A stretch of DNA of 64,000 bases from Stegostoma tigrinum (Eukaryota): contig NC_081386.1 of assembly GCF_030684315.1 (NCBI RefSeq), positions 6,395,914 to 6,459,913 on the forward strand, written 5' to 3'. Positions 54,583-64,000 of this stretch are shown one piece after another. The notes beneath the pieces are model-generated. The model searched no databases and had not been told where the DNA came from. It was given only the letters and a program-made list of their open reading frames with translations. Position 1 is the first letter of the stretch, and the number at the start of each line of letters is the position of its first letter. The translations under genes and the position numbers were made by a program.

Positions 54583-55285
54583 CTGAGATTTTAACAAGGT
54601 CAATTAACAGCACCTGTACAATTGTAGAATTATGGGGGGGTGTGCTCAAGAGCAGGTGTGAACATGGAGGCCACATGACCTAAATCACATACCACATGGC
54701 CTAAAACACAGCCTGAGGGCCACATAATATCCAGTCCAATATTTCAGACAGTGATGATATAATGAAGCTGTGTCCTAGGTGGAAACAGCAAGTATGGTAC
54801 ATTCTGAAGGAAATTAAACAGACTGCTTTCAGAAAATATTTTGGTATGTAATTTGAGACATGACATATTGTAAATATAACATTTACATGGAACAGATTTT
54901 TTTTTTAAGATAGCAAGACACAGGAACAGAAGTAGGCCATTTGAGCTACCAAATCTGCTCCACCGTTCAATTGAGATCATGGTTGGTGTTATAATCCTCA
55001 ACTCTACTTTCCTGCCTTTCTTCCATAACCTGTCTCTATTCTTCTGAGGTCCCATTGTGTCACCCTGATCACTTGCCTTCCCACCAATTTTTATGTTATC
55101 AGTAAATTTGGTTGAAACACATTCATTTTTCTTATCCAAGACATTGGTATTTATGGTAAATATTAGTGATCCCAATCATTAATTACAGGTTTCCGTCCTG
55201 CCAATGTCTCTCTTAACCCAAGATAATAAAATGTGAGGCTGGATGAACGCAGCAGGCCCAGCAGCATCTCAGGAGCACAAAAGCT

Positions 55286-55313
55286 GACGTTTCGGGCCTA
55301 GACCCTTCATCAG
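55286..55313 (-). ncRNA. Minimal hammerhead ribozyme motif, copy 1 (inside fold-back arm)
   Basis: Minus strand CTGATGA-AGGGTCTAGGCCC-GAAA-CG-TC. Conserved core boxes, stem II GGGU/GCCC, vestigial stem III typical of PLE hammerheads. Confidence 0.68.
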
Positions 55314-55463
55314 AGGGTCTAGGCCCAAAACGTCAGCTTTTGTGCTCCTGAGATGCTGCTGGGCCTGCTGTGTTCATCCAGCCTCACATTTTATTATAAG
55401 ATAATAAAATGTGAGGCTGGATGAACACAGCAGGCCAAGCAGCATCTCAGGAGCACAAAAGCT

Positions 55464-55491
55464 GACGTTTCGGGCCTAGACCCTTCATCAG
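55464..55491 (-). ncRNA. Minimal hammerhead ribozyme motif, copy 2
   Basis: Identical core CTGATGAAGGGTCTAGGCCCGAAACGTC, flanked by CT...AG (short stem I). Confidence 0.72.
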
Positions 55492-55637
55492 AGAGGGGGA
55501 TGGGGGGAGGGAACTGGAATAAATAGGGAGAGAGGGGGAGGCGGACCGAAGATGGAGAGTAAAGAAGATAGGTGGAGAAGGTGTGGGTGGGGAGTTGAAC
55601 ACAGCAGGCCAAGCAGCATCTCAGGAGCACAAAAGCT

Positions 55638-55665
55638 GACGTTTCGGGCCTAGACCCTTCATCAG
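55638..55665 (-). ncRNA. Minimal hammerhead ribozyme motif, copy 3
   Basis: Identical core CTGATGAAGGGTCTAGGCCCGAAACGTC, 174 nt from copy 2. Confidence 0.72.
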
Positions 55666-55826
55666 AGAGCAGTTCCCATTATCTCTGATCACATTTTATT
55701 ATCTTGGATTCTCCAGCATCTGCAGTTCCCATTATCACTCTCTCTTAACCCAACTCTGTTTTCTACTAGTTACCCAATCTTTGATCCATACTAATAATAG
55801 ATAAAACCAAACAGCTTACTTCTGTG

Positions 55827-55976
55827 ATAACAAGGTGTAGAGCTGGATGAACACTGCAGGCCAAGCAGCAAGTCTAGGCCAGAGGCGTCAGCTCTCCTGC
55901 TCGGCTTGCTGCGTTCATCCAGCTCTACACCTTGTTACCTCAGATTCTCCAGCATCTGCAGTTCCTGCTATCTCTG
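55827..55976. mobile_element. Short fold-back PLE-end element (family A)
   Basis: Arms ataacaaggtgtagagctggatgaac and gttcatccagctctacaccttgtta, plus tail. 18-bp TSD with 1 mismatch at 55809-55826 and 55977-55994. Confidence 0.82.
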
Positions 55977-56388
55977 AAACAGCTTTCTTCTGTGTTAACA
56001 TGTAGTGGGCTTTTCCTGAAAGTTACAAACCCCACAGGATGGCACAATTTCAAGCAATAGCGGTTTCATTTTGTATACAATGAGGCTATGTAAATTCACT
56101 TTTGATTAACTGTTTGAGTGATCTTGAACTGATTCTTATGCACATAACCTTTCCTCTTGTTTATATCCACTGTATTTGTAATCCACATATACCTTTTAAG
56201 GAAGTCCGGTTACAAAGGCTGTGAACAGCAGTAGTGGCAGGATTAAAGAGGATAAAAACATTAATTAAGCTGCAAACCATCTTCGTCCAGAGCTACAGCA
56301 AACTGTCTGATGCCTGCAGTACTTTGGAAATATACCTGATCTGTCCTAAACATTGCACAATTTAATTTCAGCACAACTCAATTAAATG

Positions 56389-56432
56389 TGCTTGACCTGC
56401 TGCGTTCATCCAGTTCTACACCTTGTTATCTC
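56389..56432 (+). repeat. Fragment of family A PLE end
   Basis: gcttgacctgctgcgttcatccagttctacaccttgttatctca matches the family A arm. Confidence 0.65.
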
Positions 56433-57509
56433 AAATAAAATTAAAGCTGGCATACTTCAACACATGCGGTCCTCATTATTGGCTCCCTGGAGCTCCTCCA
56501 TTAAAGAAGACTATGGGTGGAACCTGTACTTTGTAGCACTGGGAATACTGGTGAATGAACATAACATTTTCTAAGAGAAGCAGGAAGAAAAGTTTCTGAG
56601 TAAGATTTAAGGGGGAGGTGTCTACACTTTTCTTCTGTGTGCTTAAGTATGATTGTTGCAACATTACAATGGGGTGACAGAGGAACTGTCAGGGTGACAA
56701 TCTCTTTTGATTGAGTGTGAATAGCAAAATCTTTGTTTGGTGGTTTTACAGGAGAGAAGCGAAATGGGAGAAATAGGATTTGTGAATAACCTGTTGAATA
56801 CAGCCAATTAGAAGAAATAGCATATCAGCAACTTAAAAGAATTTTTTTTAAACACTATCGATTTAATGGGCATACTTTGTCTTTAAAATGCAGCTAAATT
56901 AATTCTAAGAAATAAACATTAAAATAGAGTAGTAATGAAACGAAACATACTTATCCCCAGGTGCAACTATAGTCAGTACATCCCTATCCTGATTGTAAGG
57001 GTGCATTAACCTTGTGGTACTGATTACGTGTAAATTCCATTGAATTTGGATCTTTATAGTCAGATGCTTAATGACCGAGTTAGGATTTTGCTGCGAAATA
57101 CAAGCCAAGAGAAACATGCTGGCACATAACCACCTCTATTATAGCAGGACAAACATTAGCTAAAAAGGTTGAGGTAGGAAGATTATTCACCTACTGAGTA
57201 TAACAACCCTGAAAATAAGTCAAATTAGGGCTGCGACCAGCAAAAATTGATGCTTTTTCAGCAAGTGATCCAGGGATAGCCTCAAAAATGGACCAATATA
57301 GCACCGACAGACTGTGTTTGCTGTATCAGAGAACATTCGCATCCAAAACAATGTAGAACAACAAGAACTTCTCTAGAAGATATATGAAAACAGAGAAACA
57401 CAAACTCAGAGCAGAATCAGCTGTGTATTGCACAGACCTCTACAAAGACATGGAAAATATGGTGTCCAAAATGTACAGCACAAAAAAAATGACAGCTACT
57501 GAAGTACTT

Positions 57510-57722
57510 CACCTAGCTCTGTTGACTGAATGGTTGGTTTGCAATTCAGATTGACGCCAACAATCCCGGTTCAATTTCTGCACTGGTTGAAGTTACCATG
57601 AAAGACTCCTTCTCAACCTATCCCCTCGTCTGAGGTATGGTGACCCTCAGATTAAACTACCACCAGTCGTTTCTCTTTCTCATGAGTGAGTAGCCCTTAT
57701 GGGCTGGTAAGATGACTTTACT
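57510..57722 (+). mobile_element. Old tRNA-derived SINE (family not assigned)
   Basis: B-box-like ggttcaatttc; body ctgaggtatggtgaccctcagattaaactaccaccagtcg..ctct..atga. A matching fragment lies at about 9412-9495. Confidence 0.6.
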
Positions 57723-57834
57723 TCATATGGATCAAACAGGGATCAAGTTATTTTGCATCTAGTAAAGAGTAACAAGGTTAGTTTAATAAATGAGCTCAGA
57801 ATAAAAGATCCCCTTAGGCAACAATGGTAACATG

Positions 57835-58016
57835 AACAAAAACAGAAGTTGCTGGAAAAGCTCAGCAGGTCTGGCAACATCTGTGAAGAGAAATCAGCGT
57901 TTATATTTTGGGTCCGGAGATCCTTCCTCACAACCTGCCAGACTTGTTGAGCTTTTCCAGCAACTTCTGTTTGTTTCTGATTTACATTATCCATAGTTCT
58001 TTTGGTTTTTATTTAG
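57835..58016. mobile_element. Short fold-back PLE-end element (family B)
   Basis: Arms acagaagttgctggaaaagctcagcaggtctggca and tgccagacttgttgagcttttccagcaacttctgt. 10-bp TSD tggtaacatg at 57825-57834 and 58017-58026. Confidence 0.8.
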
Positions 58017-58029
58017 TGGTAACATGGTA

Positions 58030-59590
58030 GAATTTAGCATTCAATTTGAGAGTGAGAAACCTGGGTCAAAAACAACTGTACTTGACTTAGATAAGGGTAA
58101 CTGCAAAGAAAAGAGAGCAGAGTTGGCTTAAGTGGACTGGGAAAGGAGTTTAGCAGAAAAGGCAATTGGATAATTGCATATATTTAGGAAATTAGTTAAT
58201 GATTCGCAACAAAGACATTTCCCAGTGAGGAAGAAGAATTCCAGGAAGCGGACCAACCTTGCTTAACCAAGTAAGTTAAAAATCATATCCAATTGAAAAA
58301 GATGCACACTATTAAGAAGATTAGTGCAGAGCGACAGAATTGGGAAAGTTTTAAAAAACATTAAAACAATTTAAAAAAAGGAGAAAATAACCCTTGAGGC
58401 TAAACTAGCAAATAATATGAAAATGGACTATCAGAGCTTTCTTGAATACATAAAAGAGAGAAGCTGAAGTGAACATAGGCTCCCTTAGAGAATGAAACTG
58501 ACGAAATAATAATATGGAACCAGGAAAAGGCAGAAAAACTGAATAAATACTTTAAATAAGTCATGACATAATATTCGAAAAATACTAAATAATCAAAGGA
58601 CAAAAAGGTGAAGAGGAAATAAATACAATAATTGTAGTAAGGAAAAAAAGTACGTGGAAAACTAATGGAGTTAAAGGCTGATAGGTGCCCTGGAGCTGAT
58701 GCCATTAAGAGAATATTAAAGGATGCACTGTTAGTAATCTTCCAAAAAAATCCTTAGATTCTAGAAAAGACCCAGAGGATTAGAAAACTACCAATGTAAC
58801 ACCTTTAATTGAATACAGGAAGGGGTTAAAAACAGTTAACAATAGGCCAATTAGCTTAACATCTATCATTTGGAAAATGCTGGAGTTTATTATGAAGGAT
58901 GTAATAGCAATACATTTAGAAGTACATAATACTACCAAGTAGACCTATCATGGCTTCACAAAGGAGAAATTATGCTGGACAAATGTATTTGCATCGTTTG
59001 AGGATGCAACAAGCAGGATAAAGGGCAGCCAATAGTTTTAGTATACTCAGATTTCCAAAAAGCATTTGTTAAGATACCACACCTAAGGCAACTTAATAAG
59101 GCAATGGTTTTTGGGGTAATATATTAGCATACATAGAGCACTGACTTACTAAAAGACAAAGTTGGGATAGGAAGACATTTTCAGGATGGCAACCCATAGC
59201 CTACAACATAAAAATCAGTGCAAGGCTCACAACTTGGGGAGGTAAGTGAATTGACAGGGTAGATGTGGAGAAGCTGCTCCCCTTATGGGTGAGTGTAGGA
59301 CCTGTGGGCACAATCTCAGTTAGGGCTTTCCAATTTTGACAGAGATGAGGAGGAATCTGTTCTTTCACACTGTAGTGAATTGGTGGAATTCTTCACCCCA
59401 GAGGGCTGTCAAGATTGGTTCATTAAGTATATATAAGGTTGAGACAGATTTTTAATCAGTCAGGGAATCAAAGGTTATGGGCAAAAGACAGAGAAGTAAA
59501 GTAGAGTTGAGGATTATCAGATCAGCCACAATCTTTTTGAATGCTGGAGCTGACTTGATGGGCTGAATGGCCTATTTCTACTCTTATGTT
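58030..59590 (+). mobile_element. Old CR1 LINE fragments
   Basis: Remnants of LKADRCPG, RPISLTSIIWKMLE and DFQKAF, plus a CR1 3' end (ggctgaatggcctatttctactc). Confidence 0.78.
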
Positions 59591-59599
59591 TTGAATTAT

Positions 59600-60890
59600 A
59601 GAGTCAAACAGCATGGCAACAGACCTTTGGTCCAACTCGTCCATGCTGACCCGAGTTTCCCAAACTTAACTTGTCCCATTTTTCTGCATTTGGCCCAAAT
59701 CCCTCTGAACCTTTCCTATTCACATACCCAACTAAATGTCTTTTAAATGTTGTAACTATGCCTGCATTTACCACTTCCTCTAGCAGTTTGCTCCATATAT
59801 GCTCCACCCTCTGTGTGAAAATGTTGCCCTTTAAGTGCCCTTTTAAATCTTTCTCCTCTCACCTTAAAATTATGCCCTCTAGTTTTGAACTCCCGTATCC
59901 TTATATATGCCCTTCGTGATATTATAAATTTCTATAAGGTCACTGCTCAACCTTTTATCCAATGAAAAAAGCCCCAGACTATCCAGCCTTTCCTTATAAC
60001 TATCCTTCAGTGACTAATGAACAAGGACACTTTCCAATTTCTCAACACATAAGAGATACTCTGCACCTTCATTTGTCCTTCCAAACTTGATAGTCTTACA
60101 CTTACCCACATTATATTCCATATACCATGCTCTTACTTCACATGTCATTCAGCCGATCTAAAACCTCTTGAAGCTTCTTTGCATCCTCCTCACGAGTCAC
60201 ATTCCCCACCAAGATTTGTGTCATTCTGAAAATTGGTCCCCACATCCAAATAATTTATATAGATTGTGAATGGCTGTGACCAAGCAGTTGTGGTTAAAAC
60301 TGAAAGAACTGAGGATGCTGTAGATCAGAAACAAAAACAGAAGCTGCTGGAAAAGCTCAGCAGGTCTGGCAGCATCTGTGCAGAAACTAAGAGTTAACAT
60401 TTCGGGTTGAGGGGCCCTTTCTCAAAACTGACCCTTGTGGTACTCGACAATTTAATAGCCTGTCATCTTGAGAAAGATCCATTTATTCTTACGCTATCCT
60501 TTCTAACTATGAATCAATCCATTTTAGCACGTTGCTCCCAATTCTTTCCATTTTAGTTTTATATTGTAAACTGTGTGGCACTTTACCTAAAGCCTTCTGA
60601 AATCCAAATAAATCAGACAGGTGTGCAAGGTTCTCCCCTATCAACAAAGTTACTAACATGTTCAAAATCTCTAAATGGTTTGTCAAACTAATTTCACATT
60701 CATTAATCTCTGTTGATTCCACCCCAAAACTCAATTGTTTTCTAGATATCCTTAATAATAGATTACAGTATCATTCCCCACTAATGAATCAGGCCAACAG
60801 ATGTACAGTTCAAGATTTTGTCTCTGCCTCATTTCTTATGCAGTGGAGTCACACTTGCAACCATCCGATTTTCAGGCACTACAACATGGT
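59600..60890 (-). mobile_element. Minus-strand CR1 fragments (3' end plus older RT piece)
   Basis: Minus frames IWSKLLEEVVNAGIVTTFKRHL and FQKALGKVPH; interrupted by a family B PLE end. Confidence 0.75.
60293..60430 (-). mobile_element. Family B PLE-end fragment inserted in an old CR1
   Basis: gaaagaactgaggatgctgtagatcagaaacaaaaacagaagctgctggaaaagctcagcaggtctggcagcatctgtg...gttaacatttcggg. Confidence 0.72.
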
Positions 60891-60923
60891 CTCAGTAGGC
60901 TGTTATACCCAGCTCACTCTAAC

Positions 60924-61071
60924 CTTTCTCTGAGGTCATCCAAGCAGCGCTGCAGGTGTACCTCTCCAGCAGTTATTAATACGTGCTCTCCTGTCTCCTG
61001 GACTAACACTTCCACACACGGATCAGCCTGGTTAAGCAGCTTCATCCCTTTCACCAGCTGTGGCATTTCAC
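60924..61071 (-). CDS. EFL1: EFL1 internal coding exon (148 bp), domain III region
   Basis: Translates [48 protein letters not shown](R), the EFL1/Ria1 form of the EF-2 domain III motif. Acceptor cttgtacag|GT, donor AG|gttaga. Phase fits the next exon (AG+G = Arg). Confidence 0.96.
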
Positions 61072-61124
61072 CTGTACAAGCAAAAAGAAACAAATCCAAA
61101 TGGGAAGTTGGCTCTAAATTTAAA

Positions 61125-62370
61125 ACAAAGGTGCAAAGAAAATTATAGCACGGTAACAGGCCCATCGGCCCTCCAAGCCGGCACCGATCCAGATTCTCTA
61201 TCTAAACCTGTTGCCTATTTTCCAAGGATCTGAATCCCTCTGCTCTCTGCATCCTTCTGCTCTCTGCCCATGCATCTGTCTAGATACATCTTAAATGGCA
61301 CTATCATGCCCACCTCTACCACCTCCGCTGGCAACGCGTTCAGGCACCCACCACCCTCTGCATAAAGAACTTTCCACGCATATCTCCCTTAAACTTTTCC
61401 CCTCTCACCTTGAAATCATGACCGCTCGTAACTGAGTCCCCCACCGTGGGGGAAAAAACTTCTTGCTATCCACCCTGTCTATACCTCTCATGATTTTGTA
61501 GACCTCAATCAGGTTCCCCCCTCAACCCCTGTCTTTCTAATGTAGATAATCCTAATCTACTCAATTTCTCTTCATAGCTAGCGCCCTCCATACCAGTCGA
61601 CATCCTATGAACCTCCTCTGCACCCTCGCCAAAGCATTCACATCCTTTTGGTAACGTGGCAACCAGAACTGTACGCAATATTCCAAATGTGGTCGAACCA
61701 AAGTCCTATACTACTGTAAAATGACCTGCCAACTCTTGTACTCAACAGCCCGTCTGATAAATGAAAGCATGTCTAATGCCTTCTTGACCACTCTATCAAC
61801 CTGTGTTGCCACCTTCAGGGTACAATGGACCCGTATACTCAGAATTCTCTGGGCATCAATTTTCCCCAGGGCTTTTCCAATTATTGTATAGTTCGCTCTT
61901 GAATTGGATCTTCCAAAATGCATCATCTCGCATTTGCAAACTCCATCTGCCATTTCACCACCCAACTCTGCAATCTATCTATATTCTGGTGCATTCTCCT
62001 GACAGTCCCTTCATTATCTCCTACTCCACCAATCTCAGTGTCATCTGCAAACTTGCTATTCAGACCATCTATACTTTCCTCCAAATCATTTATGTATATC
62101 ACAAGCAACAGTGGTCCCAACACGGATCCCTGTGGAACACTACTGGTCACAGTTCTCCATTTTGAGAAACTCCCTTCCACTACAACCATCTGTCTCCTGT
62201 TGTCCAGCCAGTTCTCTATCCATCTAGCTAGTGCACCCTGGACCCCACGCGACTTCACTTTCTCCATCAATCTACCATGGGAGCCTTATCAAATGCCTCA
62301 CTGAAGTCCATGTATATGACATCTACAGCCCTTCCCTCATCTATCACCTTTACCTCTTTCTCAAAGAATT
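61125..62370 (-). mobile_element. 5'-truncated CR1 LINE, same subfamily as 24830-26010
   Basis: Minus frame [44 protein letters not shown]; same 3' UTR (gatcggtgccggctt..gggcctgtt..gtgctataattttctttg). Confidence 0.92.
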
Positions 62371-62453
62371 GAAAATAAGCCCACTACAAGTCTTAGTTTT
62401 GCAATGACGAAAACAAGACTTTCCAAGGCTCATCACTCCATTCACCAGGAAGA

Positions 62454-62526
62454 AGGCTGCACCAAGATTTGAACTCGGATCACAGGATTCAGAAACCAGC
62501 ACTCTCACTATTACACCATGACAACC
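62454..62526 (-). pseudogene. tRNA-Gln(CTG) pseudogene
   Basis: Minus strand GGTTGTCATGGTGTAATAGTGAGAGTGCTGGTTTCTGAATCCTGTGATCCGAGTTCAAATCTTGGTGCAGCCT aligns end to end with vertebrate tRNA-Gln(CTG), including the B box GAGTTCAAATC and CTG anticodon. Stems carry mismatches and no oligo-T terminator follows. Confidence 0.8.
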
Positions 62527-64000
62527 AGAGCTGATCATTTAGAAGGTATATGGTTTACACAACACTTAACTGAATCAACACATCACTAACTCATTCTAAT
62601 CATTTAGATACATGTTAAATGACCTTTCGGGGAAACTACAATCCTCATATGGAGATTAGTGGCAAGAAATTATTCCACCCAAAAACATACTAATTCCCCA
62701 TTGTTGATTTTAATTTTACGCACTCTACCAGCACAGTGCCATTAATTTGAGTATTGCAAGCAAAGCAGGTCAAGTAGAGTAATTTTGTGCATTTTTCCTT
62801 ATTATAATCAGATAACAACTACATCCCTCAGTCGGCCTAGAAAGTGAAGGAATCTTTATATGTAATTCTTATATTGTACATGATTTAAAGGCACTACAAA
62901 CCATCCAGTTGGATTTACTCTCACACTGGTTAGTCAACTATGAGTTGCAACTAATTCCAACTGCAAAACCATTAAACTACTGCACCATCTAAACCATGCA
63001 GCACTCAGTCTACAGGAATGGGTTTCAATAGGTTGGTCATGAGCGAGACCACTACTGTAGTTAACCTATTGGAATGAACTCTCCCAAACAATGGATTGTT
63101 TGCTCTACTCGCTGTTCCAATATTGTCTATTCCCAAAGTGTATTTGCCTGGGCTCAAACTGTTGTTGTTCCAGTTTGCTATTTCTTACAGATACTGCACT
63201 CTGGAGGAAAGAGTGAGAAAAACTGAACAGGAGATAACCCATAGCAGGAAGCAGCCAAACAACAGCACCAGCAATGAAAAGGGGGCAGAAAAGCCTCCAA
63301 AATTCGTAGGTGTGCTGCATTCATTCCTCGTCTACCCTTTGACTTCCAGTGAAGACTGTCATTTCTTGCATCATTTTAGCACCAAGAACATCAGGATATA
63401 TTCTTATGGAGCTAAAGAGACTCAGTAGAGCTGTGAAAACGGAAATCAGTCTTTGATTCCTAATCCCCCATTTTACCAGTACCAAGGGTGAGGCTTGCTT
63501 CAGATTACAGGCCCATTTGCTGTGCTGTTGGTCTGTTTAGGCCAATGCGTCTTTTTTATATTCTTGCTGACGGCTCAGATAATAAATCAAAGTTTTATCA
63601 CAATGCATCAAAGGGAAATACTGCTTGATTGACAGGTTTGGCTCTAATAGTCAGTACTGGAAGTGTCCGTTATTGATATTTTAAAGACTGACACTTTCAT
63701 TGCTCTGTAATGAAAGGAAATTTTATTTAAAGTGTAAAATTGAGAATGAATGTCTGGTTTGTTTCAAAGATTCAAAAAAAAGCACATACTGTGACTATAA
63801 AGTTCACTACATCTGTTTAGTATATGAGATGGCATAGGGGTACAACAGATTAGCTTGGAGGTTGAGGAGCATAGCTTGGACTAGGGAGTGAGAGGCATAA
63901 AGGGGTTTGGTGGAAGAAATGAGGTGGCATTGAAAGGGCAAGGAAATTGATTGCAGGAGGACTGGAGGGCTGGTTTTATCATAACAGGGCTGAGGTCCTA

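Larger units (their letters stand above)
55222..55738. mobile_element. Composite Penelope-like terminal-repeat insertion (fold-back plus two tandem copies) with three hammerhead motifs
   Basis: Inverted arms of about 85 bp at 55222-55398, further direct copies at 55400-55595 and 55597-55668, then a 3' tail. 15-bp TSD tctctcttaacccaa at 55207-55221 and 55739-55753. Confidence 0.88.
54910..55790 (-). mobile_element. Old CR1 fragments hosting the 55222-55738 insertion
   Basis: Minus frame STKFTDNIKIGGKA plus CR1 3' end; the sequence resumes after the TSD. Confidence 0.65.

Noticed and set aside
55222-55738. Repeated ~90-bp units with spacers, superficially CRISPR-like
   Set aside because: Eukaryotic context, units too long, one unit inverted, spacers are themselves PLE sequence, and no cas genes.
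63096-63428. Overlapping ORFs of 110 aa (+) and 71 aa (-)
   Set aside because: No recognisable domain and no match to the expected upstream EFL1 exon.

Overview
Eukaryotic genomic DNA, not prokaryotic. The repeat landscape (HE1-type V-SINEs, Deu-domain SINEs, abundant CR1 and Penelope-like elements) points to a cartilaginous fish, most likely a shark; this is inference. The only host gene I can support is EFL1 (EFTUD1, elongation factor-like GTPase 1) on the minus strand. It has three phase-compatible internal coding exons (61071-60924, 48349-47325, 45480-45296) with canonical AG/GT ends. The preceding exon and the terminal exon were not found, so most of the window is probably EFL1 intron. 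The rest is mainly CR1 and L2 LINE remnants, SINEs, small MITE-like elements, a tRNA-Gln(CTG) pseudogene and many Penelope-like element (PLE) derivatives. The most notable signal is a set of short, mostly fold-back PLE-end insertions with 10-18 bp target-site duplications and minimal hammerhead-ribozyme motifs (CUGANGA-stem-GAAACGUH). One young composite insertion (55222-55738) places three intact hammerhead cores 174-178 nt apart, in the sense of the EFL1 pre-mRNA, a retrozyme-like layout. Repeat family names come from visual motif recognition only, and old repeat boundaries are approximate. Most ORFs in the supplied track are repeat-derived or spurious.
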